A stretch of 64,000 nucleotides of DNA from the human T2T-CHM13v2.0 reference genome, Homo sapiens (GCF_009914755.1 NC_060933.1), one strand, 5' to 3'. Shown: positions 40,771-58,196, numbered from the stretch's first letter. Notes: generated from the letters alone by a model not told the origin. Translations and numbers: made by a program.

Positions 40771-41313
40771 GGCTCCTCATCTCGGTGGCTGCTCCCCATC
40801 AGCGTGAGGCTCTGGTCCCCAGGGCTGGCTGGCTCTGGAGCAGTTTGCGGGTGGGGGAGCCCCAGATTGCTGCAACATGGAACAAGGATTTCCAACACAT
40901 GCTCCCCCTGGCAGCCTGCCACCACAGCTTGCTGCCTGCCAACATCACACTTCAACTTAAAGAGGGAAAACTGCCAGACCAATGTTTTAGCTACAGCCCC
41001 GTGTCAGGGTTGCACGGGGAATCTCGCAGCAGCCCCTGCCAGGAACTGGAGCTGAGAGGGGATTAGGGAAGGGACTCTGGGCTGCTGGGTGGTGATGGGG
41101 GGTCCCAGATGCCTCCCTCCCTGGCCTCCCTGGTTCTAGGTACCAGAAAGTTTGCCTGGAATCCACTCTGGGCTCTGGGCTGAGCTGAGTTCCTCTGGGC
41201 TCTCCCCAGAATCGGGGCTTCCCGTATAGTCCCCTCCTGGGCAGGTATAGTCACCAGGGGTCCTGCTTCTTTCATCATTGTCTCTCCCCGCCCCCACGCC
41301 ACCCACAGAGTAG

Positions 41314-42920
<1,607 letters not shown>

Positions 42921-43019
42921 GAACCCAGAAGGCCCCTTGAGACACCTGGCAGACCCAGAAGGAGCCTGTATCAATGAGGAAGGGCAGCAGGGAGGGGTGA
43001 GGCGGGGAGGAGCCACCTG

Positions 43020-43445
43020 ATCAAACCTCCAGCCTGCAGAAGTGCTGGCTGCCAATATAAACAGATAAGCACTAATAATCACTCTTTCTTAAGAGCCCCA
43101 CTTGTGCATCCCATTTTCCTGAGGACGCCACCTGCACAGCTGCTCCTAATCAAGGACCATTTAATTCGTTCCTAGATCATTGTCTGCACTAATTGTCTTA
43201 AACAAACCGAAGTTCATTTCACCTTATTCCCCAAGGGCCTGGAGGGCTTCTAATTACCTGTAGGTGGTTCTCCACGCAGCCCAGCTTCATTAAAGATCAC
43301 AATATGTTCCTCTAATAAGTTTCCCATTAAAATCCAATGGGTTCCCATCAAAATGAGTTATGTCCCAGAAAAAAAATCCACTAAAATATATTTTAATTAA
43401 AGTGAATTAAATATTGCATATGTCTGTTTCTGCCAACAGGTTGCA
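43020..43445. promoter_or_regulatory. Candidate enhancer (repeat-free, homeodomain/GATA/E-box motif cluster)
   Basis: Many TAAT/ATTA cores, TTAATTAA at 43393, CAGATAAG at 43062, CACCTG and CAGCTG; motif evidence only. Confidence 0.35.
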
Positions 43446-43504
43446 CTTGAGACTGATACTAGCAGAAAACGGAGGGGAGAGGTGGGAAAAAGAGGGAAGG
43501 AGGG

Positions 43505-43760
43505 GACAGGAAAGCTCAGTTGTGAGATTAAGAGCTTTGGGATCAGACGGTGGCTGTGCAATTCCTGGCAGGGTAACTTTGGGCAAGCTCTCTTTGAGCC
43601 TCAGTTTCCTCATCTCCAAAATGGCAATAATAATCCCAAGCTTGCAGTTTATTTTTGCTAAGATTAGAGACTTTATACATATATATGTATAAAGTGCTTC
43701 ATACATATATATGTATAAAGTGCTTCATACATAAGTACTCAAGAGATGTTACCATTGTTA
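43505..43760 (+). mobile_element. MIR
   Basis: CTTTGGGCAAG...GAGCCTCAGTTTCCTCATCT...AAAATGG...AATAATAAT core. Confidence 0.8.
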
Positions 43761-43780
43761 ATAATATTATAACTAAATGT

Positions 43781-44188
43781 TGTATTAGTCAGCTGTGCTG
43801 TGTAACAAACAACATCTCCCCCACCAAATCTCAATGGCTTATAGCAACAAAACTTTATTTCTCACAAGGACTATAGGTTAGCTCCGTCCCATGTGTTTTA
43901 TTGTTCTGGGACCCAGGCTGAAGGCACAGCCCCACTCCGGGACACGTCACTCTCAGGACAGAGAGCAGAAGTGCAGGAGAGCAAGCTGGACCATGCAACT
44001 GCAATTAAAGCTTGTGCTAGACATGCACAGGTCATGTCGCTCCCTTCCCAATGGTCAGAGGAACTCACTGCAAAGGTGCAGAGAGCTGTACTCCTGCCTA
44101 CCAGGAGGCAGGGCAAGACTGGGGCTGGATAATCCTCTTACAAAGAAGAGAATGAATTTTATTGTCAACAATAAAACCATATACCACA
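43781..44188 (-). mobile_element. Old MaLR LTR (MLT1H/I-like)
   Basis: TGTATTAGTCAG...TGCTGTGTAACAAAC...AAATCTCAATGGCTTA...TTTATTTCTCAC...ATACCACA. Confidence 0.75.
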
Positions 44189-44210
44189 ACCCTATCATTA
44201 GGTATTATAA

Positions 44211-44645
44211 CAGTGTTTCCCAAGCTTGCCTGATGATAAGGATCTCAGGGGGAGGGAGGAGGAAAAATATAGAGACTGAGTCTCACCTCAGAGCTGCTAA
44301 GTCAGGTTCCCCAGGGAAGGGTCCTAGGAATCTGTATATTTTAACAAGTATCTGATTATCTTTTTTTTTTTTTCTTGAGACAGAGTCTCTCTGCTGCCTC
44401 CCAGTTTCAAGTGATTCTCCCACCTCAGCCAAATAGCTAGGATTGCAGGAACCCACCACCTGCCCAGCTAATTTTTGTGTTTTTAGTAGAGACAGAGTTT
44501 CACCATGTTGGCCAGGCTGGTCTCAAACTCCTGACCTCAGGTGATCCACCCACCTCAGTCTCCCAAACTGCTAGGATTACAAGGTGTGAGCCACCGTGCC
44601 CTGGCAGATCATCTTTATCATTAGAAACGTTTGAAAAACATGGTT
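44211..44645. mobile_element. MER5-family hAT MITE, split by an Alu
   Basis: CAGTGTTTCCCAA...CCTAGGAATCTGTATATTTTAACAAG...GTTTGAAAAACA. Confidence 0.65.
44361..44604 (-). mobile_element. Alu (AluS) with an internal deletion in the right arm
   Basis: GAGTCTCTCTGCT jumps directly to GCCTCCCAGTTTCAAG. Confidence 0.9.
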
Positions 44646-44649
44646 TTAG

Positions 44650-44845
44650 AGAATAGTGGATAGGCAAATGGGCTTTGAAATAGATGTGAAATTGCAAACT
44701 GTCTCCACCACATATTAGCTATGTAATCATGGGACAGTTTTAAAAATCTCTGTGATTCTCAGTTTCTTCATTTGTGGAATAAGATAATGCACACAAAGCA
44801 CATAGCACAGTGTCTGGTACAAGGCAAGCCTTCCATAAACATGAG
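44650..44845 (+). mobile_element. MIR
   Basis: AGCTATGTAATC...CTCAGTTTCTTCATTTGT...TAGCACAGTGTCTGG. Confidence 0.7.
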
Positions 44846-44859
44846 CTCTTTCTATTTTT

Positions 44860-45192
44860 TAAAAGATCTTATTTTTTAAGAGCTGCTTCAGGTTAACAGA
44901 AAAAATGAGCAGAAAGTATAAAGAGTTCCCATATGCCCTCTGCCCCCACATGGGCACAGCCTCTCCCATCAGCCACATCCCCACAAGAGTGGTCCATTTG
45001 TTACAACTGACGAACCTGTATTGAGACATCATTATCACTCAGAGTCCATAGTTTAGCTCAGGGTTCATTCTTGGGGTTGTACATTCTATGGCTCTGGACA
45101 AATGTATAATGACATTTATCCACCATTATGGTATCATACAGAGTGTTTCTACTGCCCTAAAAATCCTCTGTGCTCTACCTATCCATCCCTCC
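44860..45192 (-). mobile_element. Short L1MC/MD-like 3' end with TSD
   Basis: GAGCAGAAAGTA...AGAGTTCCCATAT...CATTTGTTACAA; flanked by GAGCTCTT(T/C)CTATTTTT. Confidence 0.8.
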
Positions 45193-45431
45193 AAGAGCTC
45201 TTCCTATTTTTAAAATAACAACGATAGTAATGATGATAATGAGTATAAAGTGCGCAGCTCAATGCATTGCAATAAATTGTAAACTCTAAGAACATCATAT
45301 TACATTACAATAATGATCAGAATAAAATGCATAATAGAAATAGATCATAATAGTAATATCCATGTAAGGATTAAACAGGAAGAGCTATCTGCAGCAACAA
45401 ACACACACTAATTTAAGCTCTGAACACCTTA

Positions 45432-45770
45432 GTAATAGTCCTTGACCTTGGCTACACATTGGAATTACCTGTGGAACTTAAGAAATTCCCAGTGTCTTTG
45501 TTCCCACCCCTTGGGATTCTGAGTTAATTAGTCTGGGATATGGTCCATGCTAGTCATGTTCTCTAGGTGTTTCCTCTGTGCAGCCAAATTTGAAACCCAT
45601 GGCCTTGGAGCTCACTACTCAAGGTGTGGTCCTCCCACCAGCCACAGCAGCAGCACCTGGGAGCTTGTTAGAAATGTATAGTCTCAGGCTCCTCCTTGGA
45701 CCTGAGGAATTAGAATTTGCAGTTTCGCAAGACCCCTAGGTGATTTTGTGCACATTAAAATCTGAGCAAT
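45432..45770. mobile_element. Two adjacent MER5A/B-like MITEs
   Basis: CTTGGCTACACATTGGAATTACCTG...GATTCTGAGTTAATT and CTACTCAAGGTGTGGTCC...CACCTGGGAGCTTGTTAGAAATG. Confidence 0.7.
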
Positions 45771-46662
<892 letters not shown>

Positions 46663-46945
46663 CGTCGAGCAATTTTTCGATCACGATCCTCTCTTGGCTT
46701 TCAGGACACCACACCCTTCTGGTTTTATACATTTCTGGCTCCTTTGCAATTTTTTCCTTGATTCTTCTCCTCTATTGACCTGTAAATGCTTGAATGCCCA
46801 AGGTCGGTGTTGGGTCCTCTTCTTTGCTGTCATGTTCCATCCTTGGGTGTCCTCACCTGATTCCATGGTTTTAGATACCATCTATTTCAGTGTCATTTTG
46901 TGGCTCCTGAGCCATGAGTAGTGTTGGGAAAATAAGTACCTGTGT

Positions 46946-47122
46946 CAGGGTCGACTTCAGGGACAGGTGGCCTGTGCAGCCCCTCATTTGGTTCCATGCT
47001 CTGTGGTCACCGTCTTGAAATTTGCAAGTATTTTTGAACAAGGGGCTGTGCATTTCCATTTTGCTTGGGATTTGCATTTGCAATTTGCATAATTTGCCCT
47101 GCAAATGATGTTGCTTGTCCCG
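46946..47122 (+). mobile_element. MER91A-like hAT MITE
   Basis: CAGGGTCGACTTCA...CCGTCTTGAAATT...TTTTTGAACAAGGGGC...GCAAATGATGT; 8-bp TSD ACCTGTGT/ACCTCTGC. Confidence 0.75.
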
Positions 47123-47601
47123 ACCTCTGCTCTAACAAGACTCCCAGGAGTGGGGAGCTCCCTGAAGGAGCAAAGAAGCTTGGAGTCAAAAAAGGGCACA
47201 ACATGCCCACCATGAGCTCCCCCCACCCCAACTTATTCCTCTTCCAGGCTTACCCCTTTTTGGCAAATGGCACCCCCAATATTCTGCTTTTCAAGCCAAC
47301 AATCCTTGATCACTGTTTGCTCAACTCCACATGTATCCGTCAACCTCTGAAATACATTTTGACTCTGTCCCCTTCCTCTGCAGCTCAAGCCCTCCTTGTC
47401 TCTTGCTAGGGCACTTGCAACTGGTTCCCCTGCCTCCTCTTGCCTCCAGAGCAGCCAGAATGGCCCTTGGTGGGAATGGGGGAGGAGGGGGTCGGATCTC
47501 AGCATTCCTCAGTGAACACCTCCAATGGCTTCCTCCCTGCAGCCCCTGCTGACTCGTTCCTCCCTACCACTCCCTCCTCTTGCACCCCACCCTCCAACTA
47601 G

Positions 47602-48180
<579 letters not shown>

Positions 48181-48629
48181 TAGACTCTAATTTCCCTGAA
48201 AGGAAGGGCCATGTCTTTCCTGTTCACTTGTATCCCTGATCCCTAGCACTGCTCCTAGGACACAGTCAGAGCTTATTCAGTCTTTGTTGAATGAGTGAGT
48301 GAACGAGTGAATCCCCCCAGCCTTTGCTGCTCCTCTAGCTCTGCTCATAGGCCAGAGTCCTGAGCAATGGGCCATTCTCTGATTCCCCAGGCTGGGGCCT
48401 CACTACAGTAGTCACCCGCCACACACCCATGGGGATAGTGCTAGGGACATAAACACAGTCCCATGAGCAGCCAAGAAACCTGCTGTCTCTTCTGGTCCCT
48501 TTGGTGAGAGCTGCCTACCTGTGCCAATCCCTCTAGTGATCCTTTGGGGCTGTGGCCTCATTCCTCAGGGCCCTCCAGGCCACCTGCCAGTGTAGCCATT
48601 GTGATCAGCTCCCCATCCCCATTGCCCTG

Positions 48630-48791
48630 GCTGGCTGTCCTGGAGCTGGCTGTTTTCCCAACTCTGCTTTCAGTGACAACCCATTGGTGGCTTGAAATCA
48701 GCCATCGTGTGAATATTTACACCATGGAAACTGGCAAATGCTACAAATTAGGGCCTTGCTGTTGAAGAGCTGGTCTACCAGCACTCCACTG
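48630..48791 (+). mobile_element. MER63-like hAT MITE
   Basis: GCTTGAAATCAGCCAT...ATTTACACCATGGAAACTGGCAAATGCTACAAAT...TACCAGCACTCCACTG. Confidence 0.75.
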
Positions 48792-49742
48792 GGTTCCACT
48801 CTGACTGCAGATCCAACACTCGTTCAGACCCCTTGGGCTTTGACAGCTCTACTCTGGACCCAGCATGACCAGGCTTCTCTCCTTCAGATAGAATCCAGTT
48901 ACATTGGCCCCCAATCCCACCCACCAGACAGCAGGTAAAGGACAAGACCATGAGCCTTCCCCAGAGCCTGGTCTGCTGGAAGACTAGCAGAAGGAACAAC
49001 CATAGACCTCCTCAGCCCAAGTAGCTCAGAAACCATCTTTGAGATGGGCACTTCTGGCCTCTGCCCACCTCTTAGGGCACCTCCCCAGCTCTTACTGTCA
49101 AGCTGCACCTCTGGCGTAGATGTCACCCAGGGGACCCCTTTTTCTCATGGCCTCTCCATGCTCTAGCCACATGTGCATACTACCTCTCTCTGTCCTTCTG
49201 GGCCACCCAGCCAGACTGCCTGGCACCCAGAGACCTTGCTTTCTCTTTTTACAGTATGACTATTGGCTTATTGATTATTTTACCCATTATTTTAACACAG
49301 TTGGCCCCTGAACAATGCAGGAATTAGGGACACTAATCCCCTGCGTACTTGAAAATCCATGTATACCTTTTGACTGTCCTCAAACTTAACTACTGATAGC
49401 CTACTGTTGACCAGAAGCCTTACTGATAACAGTTGATTAGCGCATATCTTTTACGTTATGTGTTATAGACCGAATTCTTACAATAAAGTAAGCTTGAGAA
49501 AAGAAAATGTTATTAGGGAAACCATAAAGCAGAGAATATATATGTACTATTCATTAAGTCGAAGTGGATCATCATAAAGGCCTTCATCCTTATCATCTTC
49601 ACGCTGAGTAGGCTGGGGAGGAGGAGGAGGGGTTGGTCTTGCTGACTTGGGTGAAAGAAATGGAAAAGGTGGGGGAGGCAGAAGGGGAGGCGGGAGAGCA
49701 GGTAAACTTGGTGTAACTTTTATTTGAAAAAATTCACGTATT

Positions 49743-50419
<677 letters not shown>

Positions 50420-50465
50420 TCAACTATAGTTGTATTCATAATTAATGTTTAATTAAAATGAATTA

Positions 50466-50803
<338 letters not shown>

Positions 50804-51214
50804 TTATTATTGCTTGGTTATTTTTAATTATCATCCCACCCTCATAACAAAAGCAAAGTGTATCCACATACACACATACGTAAGTAAAAGGAGCTTTAAG
50901 AGCCAACCCCAGTAATTTTAAAATTCTACCCTTCTTTCCAAGTGGTCAACAGTTCTCAGCCTCGTCCTGGGAAAGGGGGCAGTTGCACACACACTGACGG
51001 CCTTTTGCTCGCACAAAGCTCCTGTGTTCTGGAATGAATAAGCTGCACAAAGAGACACTAAAGGGACCCACAGAACGCTGACGAAGGCTGTCGCCCTTGT
51101 GGGCAGTTTCATCACAAGAGGAGGCTTATGTGTGTCCAGGGGCAGAGCTAAAGCTGGAGGCTTCAAGGATTGCTCTCGGCCCCATCCCACTCCTGGCTGC
51201 GGAGCCTCAGTCGT

Positions 51215-52330
51215 TTGTTCATTCACTCATTCATTCTTTATCACCACAGACCCTGTCCTAGGTACAGGAGATTCGGTGGTGAACAAAACGGTCAAGGCCC
51301 CTGTACTCATGGAGATTATAGTCTGATGTTAGTGGCAGACAAAAATCAGGTCAAGAAACAAAAATGACTACAAAATATGGTAAGTTCTCTAAGGGAAATA
51401 AACATGGTGCCAAGATGTAGAAGAAAGGAGACTTGCATTAGATTGGAGGAGGAGGCCAGGTGTAGTGGCTCACGCCTGTAATCCCAGCACTTTTGGAGGC
51501 TGAGGCAGGCAGTTCACCTGAGGTCAGTTCAAGACCAGCCTGGCCAACATGGTGAAACCCCCGTCTCTACCAGAAATATAAAAAATTAGCTGGGTTTGGT
51601 GATGTGTGCCTGTAATCCCAGCTACTCAGGAAGCTGAGGCAGGAGAATCACTTGAACCCTGGAGGCAGAGGTTTTAGTGAGCCCAGATCATGCCATTGCA
51701 CTCCAGCCTGGGTGACAGACCGAGACTCCATCTCAAAAAAAAAAAAATCTATCTAGATCTAGGTATAGATATAGATATTGGAGGAGGAATCAGAGCTGGC
51801 TCTCTGAATTGGACCTGAAGCATGAGAAGGAGCCAGTCTCAGGAAGAGCTGTTCAGGCAGAGGGCACAGCATGTGTCAAGGGCCTGAGGCAGCAGGAGGC
51901 AGCCAGTGGGGCTGGAAAGCAGGGATTCCCAGGAAAGTGAGTCTGGAGAGACTGGCCAGGCTGGGAAGAGCCTGTGGGCTACAGTGAGAATGTGGGTTTT
52001 GCTCTTAATGACCTGACCCATTGGCTTCCCAATGGACTATGTTGTTCCAGCAAGGAGCAGGCCTGGCATTGGGCAGGGTTGCTTTTACATTTGCTGAACA
52101 CATGAGTGAGCCAGGCCCCTCTGCAGGAGCTGAGGCTAGGGACAGGATGACAGAGAGGAGGCTGAGCAGGGGCCAAGAGAAAGGGGAGAGGCCTGGACTG
52201 GGGCAGTGGCCTCGGGGGCTGCAAAGAAGGCAGATGGAGAGATGGGTGAGGACAAAACCTGTGGACTTGCGGAAGGAGGCATCAGGGAAGTAGGGAAGTG
52301 GGAGACAGAGCCAGGGTGACTCAGAGGTTT
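51215..52330 (-). mobile_element. L2 fragments, split by an Alu
   Basis: TTCATTCACTCATTCATT terminus; GTGGTGAACAAAAC...CCCTGTACTCATGGAG; AGGCAGAGGGCACAGCATGTG. Confidence 0.75.
51453..51747 (+). mobile_element. Alu (AluS)
   Basis: Dimer; ATTGGAGGAGGA on both flanks. Confidence 0.94.
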
Positions 52331-52357
52331 CTGGTGGGGCAGCCCTGGCAAATCTGA

Positions 52358-52717
<360 letters not shown>

Positions 52718-53355
52718 TGTTGGTTTTTTAAAACATAATTTTTACTGTGTATATGTGATGCTGACAACATGATGCTATAGAGAGAGAGAGTCCAGTGGTT
52801 ACTGCAGCGAGGCAGATGAACATACCTATTATCTCACAGTTACTTCTTTAAAATGCATGATGAGAACAGCTAAAATCTGCTTGTTTAACGGAAATCCCCA
52901 ATACAATACAATTTTATGAACTTTAGTCTTCACAGCCCATGTTAGATCCCTTGGCTCCTTCATCCTTTATACCTGCTATTTTGTATCCTTTTGACCCACA
53001 TCTCCCCATTTCCTCCTCCCACCCAACCCCTGTAACCACTGCTTCATTCTCTGTGTATTGAGACAGAGAATCTTTTGAAAAAATGTTCCACATATCAGCG
53101 AGATCATGCAACATTTTTCCTCCTGTGTCTGGCTTATTTCACCTGCGTAACGTCCTGCAGGTCCCTTCGTGTTGTGGCAAATGACAGAATCTCCTTTTTT
53201 AAAGCTGAATTATATTCCATTGTACATATATATCACATTTTCTTTATCCATTCATCTATCAATGGGCATTGAGATTGTCTCCATATCTTGGCTATTGTGA
53301 ATAATGTGGCAATGAACATGGGAGTGCAGACGTCTTTCCAAGGTGACTTCATCTC

Positions 53356-53769
53356 TGATATGGTTTGGATCTGTGTCCCCACCTAAATCTCATGTCGAAC
53401 TGTAATCCCCAGTGTTGGAGGAAGGGCCTGGTGGGAGGTGATTGGATCACGGGGGCAGAGTTCTCATGAATGGCTTAGCACCCTTCGTACTGTATAGTGA
53501 GTGAGTTCTCACGAGATCTGGTTGTTTAAAAGTGTGCGGCACCTCCTCCCTCTCTCTCTTTCTCTCTTCCTCCTGCTCCTGCCATGTAAGATGCCAGCTC
53601 TGGCTTTGTCCCTCCACCATGAGTAAAAGTTCCCTAAGCCTCCCCAGGAGCAGATGCCACCATGCTTCCTGTACAGACTACAGAATTGTGATCCAATGAC
53701 ACCTCTTTTCCTTATAAATTACCCAGTCTCAGGTATTTCTTTATTGCAATGCAAAAATGGACTAATACA
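53356..53769 (+). mobile_element. MSTA solo LTR
   Basis: TGATATGGTTTGGATCTGTGTCCCCACC...GGACTAATACA; perfect TSD ATCTC. Confidence 0.93.
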
Positions 53770-54727
53770 ATCTCCTTTGGGTATATACCCAGAAGAGGGA
53801 TTGCTTGGTCCCGTGGTAGTTCTATTTTTTATTTCTTTAGGAACCTCCACACTGTTCTCCATAGTGGCTGTGCTAATCTATATTTCCACAAACATTGTAC
53901 TGGGGTTCCCTTTTTTCCACACTCTAACATTTGCTGTCACTTGTCTTTGCGATAACAGCTATCCTTACTATAGGTGCTATCTCATGGTAATTTTAATTTG
54001 CGTTTCCTTATGATAATGATTTTGAGCACCTTTTCATATACCTATTGGCCATTTTTATATCTTCTTTGGAGAAATATCTGTTCAGGTCATTTGCCCAATT
54101 TTAAAATTGGATTATTTGTTTTTCTCCTATTGAGTGGTAAGAGTTCTTTATAAGTTTTGGATGTCAATCCCTTATCACATATGTGGTTGACAATGATTTT
54201 TTCCCCATCCATTAGTTGTCTTTTCATTTTGTTGATTGCTTCCTTTGTTGTGCAGAAGTTTTTTTTAATGTAGTCTTATTTACTTATTTTTGTTCTTATA
54301 GCCTGAGATTTTTGTGTGATGTCCAAAAAATTATTGCCAAGGCCAGTGCTGAGGAACTTTTCCCCTGTGTCTAGGAGACTTTATGGTTTCAGGAAGAGTC
54401 TAGGAGAGTCTGGGAGCTTTATGGTTTTAGGTCTTACATTTAGGTCTTTGATCCATTTTGGATTGATGTTTGCATATGGTATAAGATAAGGGTCCAATTT
54501 CATTCTTTTGCATATGGAAATCCAAATTTCCATTTGGATTTCCATTTACTGAAGAGACTATCTGTTCCCCATTGTGTCCTCTTGGTGCTCTTATCAATAA
54601 TTGATTGACCATATATGTTTGGATTTATTTCTGGGCTCTCTGTTTTGTTCCATCAGTCTATGTTTCTGTTTTTATGTTAGTAACATACTGTTTTAATCAT
54701 TGTAACTTTGTAATATAATTTAAATCA

Positions 54728-55082
<355 letters not shown>

Positions 55083-55205
55083 TCAGGGTTTTTTTGTGGT
55101 TCCACCTGAATTTTAAAATTGTTTCTTCTATTTCTGTGAAAATGCCATTGGAATTATGATAGACATTGCATTAAACCTGTACATTGCTTTGGGTATGGAC
55201 ATTTT

Positions 55206-56830
55206 GGATAACCTAGAGGAAACGGATAAATTCCTAGAAAAATGTAACCTACCAAGATTGAATTGGAGGAAATAGAATGCTTGAACACACTAATAACAAA
55301 GGGATTGAACAAGTGTATTAAGCCATTTTCACATTGCTGTGAAGAAATATCTGAGACTGGGTAATTTGTAAGAAAAGAGGTTCCGTTGGCTCATGGTTCT
55401 GCAGGCCATACAGGAAGCATAATATTGGCATCTGCTTCTGGGGAGGCCTCAGGAAACTTACAATTATGCGGAAGGTGAAGGGGGAGCCAGGCCTCTCACA
55501 TGGTGGGAGCAGGAGCAAGAGAGAGAGGGGGAGGTGCCACAGAGTTTAAAATGATAAGATCTCAGGAGAGCTCACTCACTATGGTGAGGGCAGCACCAAG
55601 GGGATGGTACTAAGCCATTCATGAGAAATCCGCCCTCATGATCCCATCACCTCCCACCGGGCCACACCTCCAACACTGGGGATTACATTTCAATATGAGA
55701 TTTGGGTGGGGACAACATCCAAACTGTATCAAAAAAGTAATTTAAAATCTTCCAACCAAGAAAAGCCTAGGACCAGATGGCTTCATAGCTGAATTCGGCC
55801 AGCCATTCGAAGAATTATTATCAGTTCTTCTTAAACTCTACCAAAAAAATAGAGCTAGAGGAAATATTTCCAAACACTTGTTATGAGGCCAGAATCACCT
55901 TAATACCTAAGCCAGACAAAGATACCACACAAAAAAATGAAGCTACAGGCCAATCTCTATAATGAACATCGATGTAAAAATCCTAATAAAATATAAGCAA
56001 GCCAAAATCAAGAACACACAAAAAAGACTACATGTCATAACCAAGTAGGGTCTATTTCTGACAGGCAAGACTGGTTTAATGTGCACAAATCAATCAATGT
56101 GGTACGTTACATTAACAGAATGAAAGATAAAAACCACACAATCATCTCAGTTGAAACAGAAAAAGCACTTGACCAAGTTCAGCATCCTTTCTGGATAAAA
56201 ACTCTTAACAGTTTTGGCATAGAAAGAAAGTTTCTTGACATAATAGAGGCCATTTATGAAAAAACCACAGCTAACACCATAATTAATGGGGAACAATCAA
56301 AAACTTTCCTACTGAAATCTAGAACAAGGCAAGGATGCCCACTCTCTCCACTTCTATTCAACATGGTACTGGAAGTATGAGCAAGAGCAATCAGACAAGA
56401 AAAAGAAATAAAAGTCATCTAAATCAGAAAGGAAGAAGTAAAATGATCTCTATTTGCAGATGACATGATTCTATATACAGAAAATCCCAAAGATTCCACA
56501 CAAAAAAACCCTGTTATATCTAATAAATAAATTCAGCGAAGTCATAGGATGCAAAATCAACACACAAAAGTCAATAGCAGATCTACACAAAAACAACAGC
56601 CTAGGTGAAAAACAAATCAAGAAAGCAATCTTATCTACAAAGGCATTAAAAAAATACTGAGGAATAAATTTAACCAAGGAGGTGTAATATTTGTATACTG
56701 AAAACTAGAAAACATTGATAAAGAAATTGAAGATCTAAATTAGTGGAAAGCTATTTCATGCTCATGGATGAGAAGAATTAATATTATTAATATCTGTACT
56801 CCCAAAACAATGTACAGATTGAATGCAATG
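55206..56830 (+). mobile_element. L1 ORF2 segment, inverted 5' arm of the same L1
   Basis: ORF 56081-56380 ([22 protein letters not shown]...[18 protein letters not shown]) and TTTGCAGATGACATG (FADD) correspond to L1 RT; disrupted. Confidence 0.9.
55314..55731 (-). mobile_element. MSTA-type solo LTR
   Basis: TGTATTAAGCCATTTTCACATTGCTGTGAAGAAATATCTGAGACTGGG...ATCCAAACTGTATCA. Confidence 0.9.
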
Positions 56831-57500
56831 AGGTCAGGGGGTTTAATTGCAAGTAAAAAAAATAAAAGAAAGAAAGCTTCTTCAAAACAGCCCAAGAAGA
56901 GAAGGGGATTTATTAAAACAGGAGGGTCCCAGAGATCCAAGGCTGGACATGGAGCAGCTTCAGGAAGGCAGGAGTAGGGACCCAGAAAGTTGTCAGGAGA
57001 TCTGGAGGTAGTGTCTTAGGCTCCTTGTGACTATCTCTCTCTTTATCTCAGTCTTCCTTCTTATTTTCCTTCCTTTCTCTCTCCCTCTCCCGCTCCCCGC
57101 CTTGTCTCAGTATCTCTCCTGCATGACTGCCTCTTTCTATCTTGTCTCTGCCTGTCTCTGTCTCTCCCTCCCATAACTGCATTTCAACCTTTCCATGATT
57201 GAGTCTTCTCTCTGCCATTCTATGAGCAAGTGGCCAAACACAGCCAGTCCAGCCCAGCTTTATGCCTCCTTTCAAATAACCAGCCAGGAAGGCAACCCAG
57301 TATCCCTGATTCTCAAAGCCAAAGTCACAGGAGAAAGAAGCTGATTGGCTCAGCTCAAATCAGCCTGCACCTCTGGTCTAATCAGCTGTCGCTAGGGGAG
57401 CAGAGAGGTACAAATATGGCCCCTGAGGTTCCACCTAGGGGAGAGGAGGATACAAGAGAAGGGAGCTGGAGGGCTGGCCAGGAGCACAGATGCCCACCAC
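56831..57500 (-). mobile_element. Very old MaLR LTR (MLT1-like), degraded
   Basis: TTGCAAG...GGATTTATT...CTGATTGGCTCAGCTC...CCTCTGGTCTAATCAGCTGT...ACAAATATGGC. Confidence 0.5.
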
Positions 57501-57589
57501 ACCTGCCTGCCCAGTTGGACCCTCTCAGAGACGGGTTTTGACCTGAATTGAGCTTTGGTCCTCTTGGCCCCTTGGCCACGGTCACGTAG

Positions 57590-57760
57590 ACTGCTAGCTG
57601 AGCTCCATTCCCTTCATATCTGCACATGGTACTTCCCGTCTCTGAGTCTCTGCTTCCTCATTTGTGAAATGATAGTAACAGCCCCTCCCAGTGGGGTGGT
57701 TGCAAGACGACATGAAGTTGTGTGGGCAGAGGACCCAAGGCCTTGCTGGCCACAGTGACT
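57590..57760 (+). mobile_element. MIR
   Basis: TCTCTGAGTCTCTGCTTCCTCATTTGTGAAATGATAGTAACAG. Confidence 0.65.
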
Positions 57761-58196
57761 ATGACACATCTGAATTCCCTAAAGTCCTACAGTTCCCGTG
57801 GTCCTCGCCTACCTGCCCCACTCCTCGCTTCTTCCCCTACCTCCACCATCTTCCCCCACTGCCAGTACGGCCCCAGGATGCTTGTGGTTACAACCAGTGA
57901 GATCTACTGCCCTCTACCACCACCCACATATCGCTAATTTGAGAAACGCACACCAGGGTGTCTGGGTTTAGCTGTTGAAACCACACATTCTGACCATCTT
58001 CTCAGTCCACTGAGCCTCCGTGGTCAGCCTGGCTGAGCTCTTTGTGGACCAGACATTGTTCTGCGGTCCCCACTCTAAAATCAGGTGGGGGCAGCATTAA
58101 GGAAGCCTTGGTGCCTATAGGATATCAGACACCCCAGATGCCTCAGGGATCTCCTTGAATGCTGCGCTACACACTATGGACAGATGCAACTGTTGA

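Noticed and set aside
43123-43140. CTCF site at GACGCCACCTGCACAG
   Set aside because: Only the GCCACCT half matches; the conserved TGG end is missing.
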